This document shows positions 23,235-35,600 of a DNA stretch of 64,000 nucleotides, piece after piece. Within the stretch, counting starts at the first letter, position 1. Each line of letters opens with the position of its first letter. Under the pieces are notes generated by a model. That model was not told the DNA's origin, did not search any database, and saw nothing but the letters and a program-made list of their open reading frames with translations. The DNA is taken from the NCBI GenBank assembly GCA_002269645.1, contig NIVC01000412.1, positions 806,001 to 870,000 on the forward strand. Direction: 5' to 3'. Origin of the DNA: Macrostomum lignano. Taxonomy: Eukaryota. The position numbers and the translations under genes were made by a program.

Positions 23235-24650
23235 TAGTAGTAGTAGTAGTAAGTTGGCTCAGGCAAGAAGCCTGTTTGGCCAATATATTTCTATGTATTT
23301 AAGATTGCTTCAGGAATAGGAGACAATATTTTAGCACTAGTTATTTAATTATGATTAGTACGAGTTTTGCAAAATGGTATTTGAAAGAACGCGGAAAAGT
23401 TATTAACGATACTTGGACGACTAACGAAGCGAAAGAAAAAGCAAGGAGTTAAAAAAAGTATTGCAGTTAATAAAAGTAAAAACGAAAGAAAAATGAACAA
23501 AAACGAACTTCGAAGGGACTTTACGTTAAGCGAATGACGACGATTTAAATAGGTATTAGATAGGAAACTAATTAAATACTAATTAAGTGCTAATTAAGTA
23601 GGAAATTAAAAATGGGAAAGGCGGATTTATTTCACTGCTGATATGTCTGTTTCAGTTTGCATAACTGTTTTAGCTATTCATGACTTCATATATTTTAGCT
23701 ACACCAGTGAGCTCTTTTCTGACTCTTTTTTCATTTGTAGCATATCCTAACTTGTGTACTTGCTTGTCATTTAGGAGGTACTGACAGAAGTATTTTTTTC
23801 TGAACTTTTCGGTTTGTGGACATTCGGTCAAGTAGTGTAGGATATCGGAACCATTTCTCGCTCCACACAGTCTACATGGTTCATGAGAGAGAATGTTGGG
23901 TGTAATTTCGCATTTCAGTTTTAGGAGGGTTGTTAGGAATTTTTTGTTTCTAAAAGTGCATGGAAAGTAATCTGAAAGGTCAGGCCTGCAGATTTTTTTG
24001 TAGAGATAGGCGTTTTTATAGAGTTTAATATGTTGCTGATTCTCTAGCTTTTGGCTAAGTTCTCTTTCTCTGTGTATCTTGAGGTGCTTTTTCACTAGGT
24101 ATTTCTCGTTATTAAAGCTTTGGGAAAGTTTATCTTCAGTTAGTGCTTTTAAGTCTATACTTTCCAGTTTCTTTAGTATATTTGTTTTCCATGGATTTTT
24201 TTGGCTGGTGTTTGAGTAGAAAATTTCTAGTGTCGTTTGGCAAAGTTTTTGATGTCTAATCTTCAGCCAGTAGGTAAGATAGGTTTTAGCAATTCGTTGG
24301 GAGATTGGAGTAAGCTCAAGTTCTGATGATATCACACTGTTGCTAGCAAATTTTGGTAGATTGAGGAGATATTTGTAGAATTTCAGCTGAATGTTATCAA
24401 TAGCTTTTGTTTCAGAAATGGTAGCCAGAGGGCCCCAGAGCTCACAGCCGTACGTGATAACGGGGGTGACAAGCGCGTCGAATAGTCTGCGAATGAGTGT
24501 GATGTCCAGGGACGTATTTTTTACCTTGTGGAGTAGGGAAAACATAGCTGAATAACCCTGCTTAGTTTGATGTTCAATACATTTTTTAAAGCTGTTTTTT
24601 GGTTCAAAAATAATTCCCAGGTATTTAAATTCATTATCAAGTGAGTGACA
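23235..24650 (-). mobile_element. 5'-truncated non-LTR retrotransposon (ORF2 RT C-terminus + CCHC knuckle, (TAC)n tail)
   Basis: Frame open 24659..23670: EFKYLG (RT domain 7), LFDALVTPVITYGCELWG, CRLCG...HYLTEC. (GTA)n on the plus strand at ~23235-23250. Confidence 0.85.
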
Positions 24651-25343
24651 ATTTATTGATCATGTACAGTGCTATTTCATAGAAATTTAAATGTTTTTTT
24701 GATTTTACTGAACAACTACTTTTGTAAAAAGGCATTATTATAGTAATTTAAAATCTAATTTTTTTTATTAGTTGACAAATTGCACTAGAGTATTTGTTAT
24801 AGCATTTCAACGAACGTATTATTACACCGTGATAATCAGTTGCATTGCAAGACACAGTTGTTCTGTATGTACAAGTAAGTATAAAAAAATAACAAGCAGA
24901 AAACTTGTATTATTTGAACAGCTCTGACTTTCTACATGTATAGATTTTGTTTAATGGTCACCCATGTCACTCACTTCAGGCATATTCGTTTGATTTGAAA
25001 TGCGAAAGCTGTTAAATGTCGATCACGTACATTTCTTTTGATACAATTGTGCATGTACAGTAATATTCTGCTGCCGTATAACTCTGAAATGCATGAACTT
25101 TTTTGATGCAGGTTGTTGATGTAAGTTATATTACCGGCAGGCTTATAGTGCGGCCCACATGGAGAATAAAAAATTCTGCGGCAAAGATCGAGGACTCGAT
25201 CGCGCGGCCCCTGGCCGCGACCAAAGGTTTCATCCAACTGTATCAGGCGGTTTCATATAGAACCTCCGGATTTTCAATTTTGAGTTGTCGACGTTCATCC
25301 ATCCCAAAACTACAGGGAGCGACATCTCTAGACTCGACGTACA

Positions 25344-25708
25344 GGGGGGCCGTAGCCCAGCGGTAGCGCAGCTGCTCTGGTGTGCCAGCGACCCAGGCTC
25401 GATTCCAAGTGCAGTCACATTAATTTGGGGCTGAATTGGAATCTCGGCTTGGCTCTGCTCGTGCAATTAACGGCCTTGAGAGCCAACCCCCCAAGGCGCA
25501 GTGAAGTGTACATGCCTAACGATAATATAAAGTTAGGGCCGCTGTACACTCCTGTGTGAGTGTGTGCCTGCGTACGTATCCGCGCGCTTGTATGCCTGCT
25601 CAGCGGAGTCGGCGGAATGGGCAGTAATGCCTCTCGCCGGTTGTGTGCCCATGTCGCTTAAAGTGCGCCAGGGTGCACACAACCCCCCTGCCTCTAATAA
25701 AAAAAAGA
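25344..25708 (+). mobile_element. tRNA-derived SINE-like element, copy 1
   Basis: A-box TAGCCCAGCGGTAG, B-box-like GGCTCGATTCC, A-rich tail; ~300 bp homologous to 36535-36856. Confidence 0.65.
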
Positions 25709-25894
25709 CTCGACGTACTCGGGTGCTGCTTCTCGCGCGGCCCTTTTGAGAATGGTCACTAGCAATCTTCGTCCCCCGATGGGGGACATCTGGATAGAAT
25801 CTCTGTTCTTTACAAATAACAAAAAGACAGCCAAAAGATCCTTCACAAAGACAACAGACAAACTGCTCAAATGAAGTGCATTGCAATAATAAAT

Positions 25895-26400
25895 CATCCC
25901 AAGACTGCAAGCATCCCCCAGATAGCAAACATCCCACAGATAGCAAGCATCCCCCAGATAGCAAGCCTCCCTCAGATAGCAAGCATCCCCCAGATAGCAA
26001 ACATCCCCAGATAGCAAGTATCCCCCAGATAGCAAGCATTCCCCAGATAGCAAGCATCCCCCAGATAGCAAGCATTCCCCAGATAGCAAGCATCCCCCAG
26101 ATAGCAAGCATCCCCCAGATAGCAAACATCCCCAAGATAGCAAACATCCCCCAGATAGCAAGTATCCCCCAGATAGCAAGCATCCCCCAGATAGCAAGCA
26201 TTCCCCAGATAGCAAGCATCCCCCCAGATTGCAAGCATCGCCCAGATAGCAAGCATCCCCCAGATAGCAAGCATCCCCCAGATAGCAAGCATCCCCCAGA
26301 TAGCAAGCATCCCCCAAATAGCAAGCATCCCTCGGATAGCAAGCATCCCCAAGATAGCAAGCATCCCTCAGATAGCAAGCATCCCCAAATAGCAAGCATC
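25895..26400. repeat. 18-bp satellite GATAGCAAGCATCCCCCA (array 1)
   Basis: Direct tandem units. Confidence 0.95.
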
Positions 26401-26489
26401 CACCAGACAATAAGTAGCTAGTGCAACAATTTCCTTAGCTTTATAGTGGCTCCTTTATATTGGCATGGCGCTTTATACCTTTACATTTG

Positions 26490-27375
26490 AAATAGTATAT
26501 CTTTAATGTTTGACATGGTGGCTCTTTTATGTTAGACATGGCTCTTTTATGTTAGGCATGGTGGCTCTTTAATGTTTGACAAGGTGGCTCTTTAATGTTT
26601 GACAAGGTGGCTCTTTAATATTTGACATGGTGGCTCTTTAATGTTTGACATGGTGGCTCTTTTATGTTTGACATGGTGGCTCTTGTATGTTCGACATGGT
26701 GGCTCTATTAATGGTCGACATGGTGGCTCTTTAATGTTCTTCATGTTGGCTCTATTTTGTTTGACATGGTGGCCCTTTTATGTTCGACATGGTGGCTCTT
26801 CAATGTTTGACATGTTACCTCTTTTATGTTCGACATAGTGGCTCTTTAATGTTCTACATGGTAGATCTTTTATGTTCGACATGGTGGCTCTTTAATGTTC
26901 GACATGGTGGCTTTTTAATGTTCGACATGGTGGCTCTTTAATGTTCTTAATGGTGTCTGTTTTATGTTTGACATGGTGGCTCTTTAATGTTTCGACATGG
27001 TGGCTCTTTAATGTTCTTAATGGTGTCTGTTTTATGTTTGACATGGTGGCTTTTTAATGTTCGACATGGTGGCTCTTTAATGTTCTTAATGGTAACTCTT
27101 TTTTGTTGTTCGAAATGGTGGCTCTTTTATGTTTGACATGGTGGCTCTTTAATGTTTTACATGGTGGCTCTTTAATGTTTGACATGGTGACTCTTTTATG
27201 TTCTACATGGTAGATCTTTTATGTTCGACATGGTGGCTCTTTAATGTTTGATAAGGTGGCTCTTTAATGTTCGACATGGTGGCTCTTTAATGTTCTTAAT
27301 GGTAACTCTTTTTTGTTCGAAATGGTGGCTCTTTTATGTTTGACATGGTGGCTCTTGTATGTTTGACATTGCGCT
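26490..27375. repeat. ~23-bp satellite TTGACATGGTGGCTCTTTAATGT (array 1)
   Basis: Direct tandem units. Confidence 0.92.
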
Positions 27376-28094
27376 TCTTTTATGTTTAGCAGTCTTTGTT
27401 TTTAAGGTGTTTTAATAAAAAAATCATTTTGCGCTACCAAGATTCGAACCCAGGTCGCTACATTAGCAGTCCAGTCTGTTCGCATCTAGGCTATCTTTTT
27501 TCAATTGGAGCACATGAATTGTGGCCCTTATAATTCAATTCTTGCAGCAAGTCGGTTAGAGTAAAAATTTATGACATAATCAATTTCTCAGTCAGCCAGT
27601 ATCAGTCTTAATTTAAGTTAGCAATATTGTTACGCAATTTTAATCAAGTCTTGTGTGCGTTTCTGTGGCACTGTTTTCACCTTGTTGTGATGCAATCTTT
27701 ATCACAATTGAAATTCAGCCAGTCAGTTTTTTCTCTAGCATTCTTACAATGCATTTCAAGTCGAAATTTTTGCTTGACCTTTGCAAAAAAGCATGTTTTT
27801 CGAATATTTAATCCCTTTAAAATTGAGCAATTTCTTAGCCAAGATGCATGTACCGTCCCAGGAAAATTTCTGATCGAATGGTGCAAGTTTGAAGAAAATC
27901 GGTTGAGCCATTTTTTCCGAAATCTATCGCATACCTACCCACATACAGACAACTCATTTTTAGTATATAGGACTAGCAATCTTTGCCCCCCGATGGGGGA
28001 CATCTGGATAGAATCCTTGTTTTTTACAAATAACAAATAGACAGCAAAATAAAGCCTTCATAAAAAAACAACAGACATTCCCTCTTAAAAACAA

Positions 28095-29830
28095 AACATC
28101 CCAAGACAGCAAGCATCCTCAGACAGCATTCAAGCATCGATCCCCAAATAGCAAGCATGCCCCAGACTGCATGCATCCCCCAGATAGCAAGCATCCCCCC
28201 GATAGAAAGCAACCCAAGATAGCAAGCATCCCCCAGATCGCAAGCATCCCCGAGATAGCAAGCATCCCCCAGATAGCAAGCATTCCCCCAGACCCCAGAT
28301 AGTAAGCATCCCCCAGATAGCAAGCATCCCCCAGATCGCAAGCATCCCCCAGATAGCAAGCATCCCCCAGATAGCAAGCATCCCCCAGATCGCAAGCATC
28401 CCCCAGACAGCAAGCATCCCCCAGATAGCAAGCATCCCCCAGACAGCAAGCATCCCCCAGATAGCAAGCATCCCCCAGATAGTAAGCATCCCCCAGACCC
28501 CAGATAGTAAGCATCCCCCAGATAGCAAGCATCCCCCAGATCGCAAGCATCCCCCAGACAGCAAGCATCCCCAGATAGCAAGCATCCCCCAGATAGTAAG
28601 CATCCCCCAGATAGCAAGCATCCCCCAGATCGCAAGCATACCCCAGACAGCAAGCATCCCTCAGATAGCAAGCATCCCCCAGATAGCAAGCATCCCCCAG
28701 ATAGCAAGCATCCCCCAGATCGCAAGCATCCCCCAGATAGCAAGCATCCCCCAGATAGCAAGCATTCCCCCAGACCCAAGATAGTAAGCATCCCGCAGAT
28801 AGCAAGCATCCCCCAGATAGCAAGCATCCCCAGACCCCAGATAGTAAACATCCCCCAGATAGCAAGCATCCCCCAGATAGCAAGCATCCCCCAGATAGCA
28901 AGCATCCCCCAGATAGCAAGCATCCCCCAGATAGCAAGCATCCCCCAGATAGCAAGAATTCCCCCAGACCCCAGATAGTAAGCATCCCCCAGATAGCAAG
29001 CATTCCCCAGATAGCAAGCATCCCCCAGATAGCAAGCATCCCCCAGATAGCAAGCATCCCGCAGATATTAAGCATCCCCCAGATAGCAAGCATCCCCCAG
29101 ATCGCAAGCATCCCCCAGACAGCAAGCATCCCCCAGATAGCAAGCATCCCCCAGATAGTAAGCATCCCCCAGATAGCAAGCATCCCCCAGATCGCAAGCA
29201 TAACCCAGACAGCAAGCATCCCCCAGATAGCAAGCATCCCCCAGATAGCAAGCATCCCTCAGATAGCAAGCATCCCCCAGATCGCAAGCATCCCCCAGAT
29301 AGCAAGCATCCCCCAGATAGCAAGCATTCCCCCAGACCCCAGATAGTAAGCATCCCGCAGATAGCAAGCATCCCCCAGATAGCAAGCATCCCCCAGACCC
29401 CAGATAGTAAACATCCCCCAGATAGCAAGCATCCCCCAGATAGCAAGCATTCCCCAGATAGCAAGCATCCCCCAGATAGCAAGCATCCCCCAGATAGCAA
29501 GCATCCCCCAGATAGCAAGCATTCCCCCAGACCCCAGATAGTAAGCATCCCCCAGATAGCAAGCATCCCCCAGATAGCAAGCATCCCCCAGATAGCAAGC
29601 ATCCCTCAGATAGCAAGCATCCCGCAGATAGCAAGCATCCCCCAGATAGCAAGCATCCTCCAGATCACAAGCATCCCCCAGACAGCAAGCAACCCCTGAT
29701 AGCAAGCATAACCTGGATACAAAGAGACCTTATAGATATCTAGCAACCCCCTCTCAGATAGCAAGTACTCTCCACCCCCAAGAGCAAGCATCCCCCTGAT
29801 AGCAAGTATCCATCCTTAAATAGCAAGCAT
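28095..29830. repeat. 18-bp satellite GATAGCAAGCATCCCCCA (array 2) with periodic GACCCCA insertions
   Basis: Direct tandem units. Confidence 0.95.
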
Positions 29831-29939
29831 CCACCAGAGAACAAGTAGCTAGTGCAACAATTTCCTTAGCTTTATAATGGTTCCATTTTGTTTGGCATAA
29901 CTCTTATTTTTATGTTTGAAATAGTGTCTCTTTTTTGTT

Positions 29940-30770
29940 TAAAAAGGTGGCTGTTTAATGTTTGACATGGTAGCTCTTCTATGTTTGACATGGTAGCTCT
30001 TTTGTGTTTGACATGATAGCTCTTTAGTGTTTGACATTGTGGCTCTTCTATATTTGGCATGGTAGCTCTTTAATGTTGACATGGTGGCTCCTCTATGTTT
30101 GCCATGGCGGCCCTTTTACGTTTGAAATGTTGTCTCTGTTATGTTTGACATGGTGGCTTAGTTGTTTGACATGGTGGCTCTTCTATGTTTGACATGGTGT
30201 CTCTTCTATGTTTGACATTGTGTCTCTTCTATGTTTGACATGGTGGCTCTTTTGTGTTTGACATGATAGCTTTTTAATGTTTGAAATGGTGGCTCTTTTA
30301 TGTTCGACATGGTGGCTCTTTAATGTTCGACATGGTGGCTCTTCTATGTTTGACATGGCGGCCCTTTTACATTTGAAATTGTGTCTTTTTATATTGGGCA
30401 TAATGGCTCAATAATGTTTTGACATGGTAGCTCTTTTATGTTTGATATGGAGGCTCAATAATGTTTTGACATGGTGTCTCTTTTATGTTTAATGTTTGAC
30501 ATGGAGTCATATATATGTTTGACATAGTGGCTCTTTTATGTTTGAGAGGGTGGCTCTTTAATGTTCACCATGGTGGCGCTTTTATGTTTGACATGCAGTC
30601 ATATATATGTTTGACATTATGGTGCTTTAATGTTTGACATGGAGTCACGTATATGTTCGACATGGTGGCTCTTTAATGTTTGACATGGTGGCTCTTTAAT
30701 GTTTGACATGGTGGCTCTTGAATGTTTGACATGGTGGCTCTTTAATGTTCGCCATGGCGGCCTCTGAAAT
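29940..30770. repeat. ~23-bp satellite TTGACATGGTGGCTCTT (array 2, more degenerate)
   Basis: Direct tandem units. Confidence 0.9.
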
Positions 30771-31556
30771 GTTGTCTCTGTTATGATGTAATAAGATAAT
30801 CAAGACAACGATCAGGCCTTAAATTTGAAATAGCTATAGCTGCGGAAGGGGCCTAGCAGCGACATGAACATCTAACCAAACAATACTTAGGTGGAACAAA
30901 CGCCTGCGGCGTTTGCAACAGATGGGTCACGTGTGTATTTGTGTCGAGTCTTCTTGACAAGCCTACAATTAAATTATATATAGCACTATACGTCTTTCAT
31001 TTAGCTGCTGCTCACCAATTGCTGGCCCCGTTTAAGGAAAGACCATACATGCAGGCACCAACCTGTCGACGTGCGATGATTTAACGAGCAACAATAAATG
31101 ACAATAAAATAGAAGAATTCTCTGCTAGTAAAATAATAAACTAGAGAATTAGGAATTTTATTTTGAGCGTTTTAAATAGGAAGCAAAATATATTTATGGA
31201 AATATAATAACCAGAAAAATATTTGTTGGAATACATGTATTCTGCAACACGAGATTAAATAATTCGATTAGCAAGATATTTTTTCAGAATACATATAGTG
31301 CACACGTCTAAAGTCTAAAGAGAAATAAAAGCCCGGATTATTTACATTTTAAATTTAATTGATTTAAATGAGACGATAGTTACAGTATGCAAAATATTTC
31401 TGGAAGAGATCGTATAGCCAGCTGAGATGACTACTGGAAATATTTTACTGCGAGAAGTAAGATGAAGTAAATGTATAGATAAAAATATATTGAATATTTA
31501 CATGTATATCGATATTACACAAACTTTTTAAGTCCAAATGATTTATAATTTGAGTC

Positions 31557-32330
31557 CATGAGAATTGCCTGCAGACGAATTGCCCGCAAGAGAATTGCCC
31601 GCCGAGTTTTTTTCCCGCCAAGGTTTGCCCACAATCGCATTTGGCCACGCGGTAGATTTTGTCTGCATTGCCTCCCCAATGCTTAGTAAGTCTTAATAAA
31701 GAGATTTACCCGATCGAACGATTTGATGGTAACTGCATATCAAATGCATATTTTGGGGGGGGCAGTGCAGACAGATCGAATTTGGCTGCCAAATGCGCTG
31801 CAGGAAAAAAGCATTGCAGGCAATTCTCCTGCGGGAATTTTTCTGCGGGCAATTCTCCTGCGGGCAATTCCTGCGGGCAATTCTCAGCTGCGGGCAATTC
31901 TCCTGCGGGCAATTCTTCTGCGGGCAATTCCTGCGGGCAATTCTCAGCTGCGGGCAATTCTCCTGCGGGCAATTCTTCTGCGGGCAATTCCTGCGGGCAA
32001 TTCTCAGCTGCGGGCAATTCTCCTGCGGGCAATTCTCCTGCGGGCAATTCTTCTGCGGGCAATTCTTCTGCGGGCAATTCTCCTGCGGGCAACTCTCCTG
32101 CGGGCAATTCTCCTGCGGGCAATTCTTCTGCGGGCAATTCTTCTGCGGGCAATTCTCCCGCGGGCAATTCTTCTGCGGGCAATTCTTCTGCGGGCAATTC
32201 TCCTGCGGGCAATTCTTCTGCGGGCAATTCTTCTGCGGGCAATTCTCCTGCGGGCAACTCTCCTGCGGGCAATTCTCCTGCGGGCAATTCTCCTGCGGGC
32301 AATTCTCCTGCGGGCATTTTTCGTGCTCCC
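31557..32330. mobile_element. Foldback/MITE-like element with asymmetric arms built from a 15-bp unit (TGCGGGCAATTCTCC)
   Basis: Left arm 31557-31680 has ~3 inverted units; right arm 31752-32330 has ~33 units. The non-repetitive inner arms (31635-31679 vs 31753-31798) are also inverted. Confidence 0.65.
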
Positions 32331-32677
32331 GATTAATTTCATTAAAACTTCTATTGGTTTTTATTATCAGATAATTATAGTAAGTCCTCTCACCTACGTA
32401 AGGGGTTGTAGCCTGCCTGCTAGTTTAGAGCGTCGGAGTCACAATTGAGAAGGTCGCAAGACATTCAACTCTACATTGCAATTCAGTAGTTCACTCAGCT
32501 ACAAAATGGGAGGCTTCATAAGACATCCGTCGAAAACTCTGCTTGGTCGAGGGTGCATGTGGAGACCCCCCCCCCAAGTCCTTGGACTGAACAGCCAACG
32601 CAGCCTTCAGTATAGCGCCTGTATATTATTATTCTTATTGTTAATGTTCCACCTATATGTACCACTTGCATCAAAAT

Positions 32678-35600
32678 CTACACATGGCTAATTGTTAAAT
32701 ATGACGACTTCAAAGACGACGGCTGGCTCGGCCGCTTCGAATCGATCATTCTGGAGCACGAGCGGCTTTGCGCCAGCGGCTCGGCTGCGTTCATCATCGA
32801 TTGGCCGCTGCTGCTGGCGCCATCGGCGTTAATCCTTGGCCTGGAGACGCAGCTCGGCACCTGGAACTGGAACTGCTGGCAGGCCATGTAGCCCTCACTG
32901 CCGGAGTGATGCGGCGGCAGAGGCTGGGTGAGCTCCTGGTAGGCTGCCCGCTGGTGCTGCTGACCCTGATAGTGCAACAACAGCTGCTGCTGGCTGCGGT
33001 AGTTTCTGCTGCTGCTTGAGCTGATGACCTTCGTAGCTGAGAGGGCATCATTGTGGCGAATGAATGCGATGACTTACCAGTAGCATAGGAGGTGGCTTTC
33101 GTATTTATGATAAATTTACAACCTTTATCCCATACATGTACGTCTCTGAACCCCACACCGCTAACCCCACATCGCTAACCCCGCATCGCTAACCCCACAC
33201 CGCTAACCCACACAACTAACCCCGCACCGCTAACCCCACACCGCTAACCCACACAACTAACCCCGCACCGCTAACCCCACACCGCTAACCCACACCGCTA
33301 ACCCACACCGCTAACCCCACACCGCTAACCCACACCGCTAACCCCACACCACTAACCCCGCACCGCTAACCCCACACCGCTAACCCCACACCGCTAACCC
33401 CACACCGCTAACCCCACACCGCTAACCCCACACCGCTAACCCACACCGCTAACCCCACACCGCTAACCCCACACCGCTAACCCCACACCGCTAACCCCAC
33501 ACAACTAACCCCGCACCGCTAACCCCACACCGCTAACCCCACACAACTAACCCCACACCGCTAACCCCACACCGCTAACCCCACACCGCTAACCCACACC
33601 GCTAACCCCACACCACTAACCCCACACCGCTAACCCCACACCGCTAACCCACACCGCTAACCCCACACCGCTAACCCCACACCGCTAACCCCACACCGCT
33701 AACCCCACACCGCAGACACGATTAGGTGATAATTCTCTTTTAATCATTATGCGATAATTTTCCAGAAAAAGAGCATGATCGACAACTCACGCATCGTTCT
33801 GCTTGCGTTTGCTGCAGCGGCCGCGGCGGCGGCGGCGACGGCGTCTGGATCATCTTCTACAGAGCTGAGGTCGTCGCCGTTATTCAACGAGGCGTTGCGG
33901 TGTCGCTGCGGATGCCGGTGCGGCTGTTGCCTGCCGAGGCTGTCATATCGATGCGAACCACCGCCTCCTGCGCCTGGCATCGCTACCTGCGGAGTGACAG
34001 GCACCGAGACTGATACTGGAGTGACAGGCACAGAGACTGATAATGGAGTGAACAGACACCGAGACTGATACTGGAGTGACAGACACCGAGACTGATACTG
34101 GAGTGACAGACACCGAGACTGATACTGGAGTGACAGGCACCGAGACTGATACTGGAGTGACAGACACCGAGACTGATACTGGAGTGACAGGCACAGAGAC
34201 TGATAATGGAGTGACAGGCACTGAGACTGATACTGGAGTGACAGACATGAAGAGCTCTGCTCACCATGGCATACTGTTTATCAAGCAAGACTCTCTCTGA
34301 ACTGCTCGCGGGAACATCCATGGGAGACAGGCAGCCTATTGACTGTTGCAGCTGCCTCTGCTGATTCTGTTGAGTTGACGAACTCTCCACCGATGTGCCC
34401 TGTGTTCTTGAGCGATTTTCGTCTGAAATTTGACAGGTTGATGTAGTCAGGCGTAACCGAAATTATTGACACAAACGATGATACAATCTTATCTTTTAAT
34501 TAATCATCGAAAATGTTTAAAATAAACAAAATTGCATTGATATTTCATTTTACTAAGACAAGAAACCCACTAAATAAGATAATCTGCCCCATCTGAATCA
34601 AGGCCCCCGACTATCCAATGCAGCATTCCGCATAGCAGTCTTGGATTAATGTGCTCAGTCGTGAGCTCAGCCGTTAGCTACAGCTGCTCAGATGAGCATT
34701 ATTCAGAAAATCCTTCTTTTACTTACCGCAAGAATTGCTCATTTTTTCCACTTCTCTCTCTTCCTCTCGCTCGGTGTGACTTGAGTGCATTGGAAAAAGA
34801 CCACAACTGATCAGGCAGCTTACAAAAGGCAGATTCACGAAAAAAGAAAAAATCGATGGCAATACTATAGTACGAGTATAAGGCATGCTTCTTCTAGGAC
34901 TTTTGATACTAAAAAAATTAACAGAAAAACTAATTTTTCATTGCGTCAGCTTCAGGCTTCAGGCTTTCATAAATTCGAAAGTTAAAGTTTATATAGTCAA
35001 ACTCCACAGTGTTGAAAGGGCCATTTAAATAGAGCTTTTATAAACGTCAATATTTAGCTTTTTGAAGTTATAGGCTTCAGAAGTTTCCAACATTACTACC
35101 TGTAATACCCGAATGCTCAGATATAATCCTATTTTCTATTTTGGCTCCTCATTACAATTTCCGCTCTTGTTGGAACAGAATATAAAAGTATGACTGTTTT
35201 GGACACCCTGGCGCAAAGCCTTCGACGATATGCTCCCACAACCAAGAGCTCTTATCGTTGAGGCGTCACTCACTAGGTGCACTTTTACGACGGTGACCCG
35301 CGCACCAGCGCAGCAGAATAATCACCGCCAAAGTGGTCAGGCCCACCAGAGCCACCAGGAACACGATTAGCACCGAAGCCAGCACTGCCGGCTTGGCATC
35401 TCTTTCGCTCCCGTTGAAATTCTCGCCGTCAGCGGCGCTACCTCCGGCTGACAGTGTCGGATCGTTGCCGTGGCCTGACAGCCACCGGTTGTCATTAGCA
35501 GCGACTGAACTGCCCGGTCGCCGACCGCCGCCCTCGAAAGTGACGATCACCAGCTTCCGACTGACGCGGCCGCGCGGCCTGTCCTTGTCGAAGACCTCCA

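Larger units (their letters stand above)
25759..27972 (-). mobile_element. Non-autonomous Helitron-like element A (5' TC...3' hairpin-CTAG) carrying 23-bp and 18-bp satellites
   Basis: 5' TCCTATATACTAAAA at 27972. Hairpin GTCCCCC-GAT-GGGGGAC 25771-25787; CTAG 25759-25762 followed by T. The 5' ~550 bp matches 63475-64000. Confidence 0.75.
27973..30790 (-). mobile_element. Helitron-like element B, head-to-tail with A; 5' end not recognisable
   Basis: Hairpin CCCCC-GAT-GGGGG ~27987-27999, CTAG 27973-27976. Same satellite order and the same linker (gtagctagtgcaacaatttccttagc) as element A. Confidence 0.7.

Noticed and set aside
27430-27495. Functional tRNA-Ser gene
   Set aside because: Acceptor and D stems do not pair; embedded in a repeat. 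Kept only as tRNA-derived (see findings).
25533-29791. Long ORFs such as (GGCLLS)n, (GMLAIW)n, (DSKHPP)n
   Set aside because: Translations of the 18-bp satellite (period divisible by 3); open in several frames, with no splice or start context.
30893-30915. Hairpin AAACGCC-TGC-GGCGTTT as a Helitron 3' end
   Set aside because: No clear CTAG terminus or matching 5' end; a single occurrence.
31659-32448. ORFs (AGNSP)n / (RRIA)n / (GQFSC)n
   Set aside because: Artefacts of the 15-bp array.
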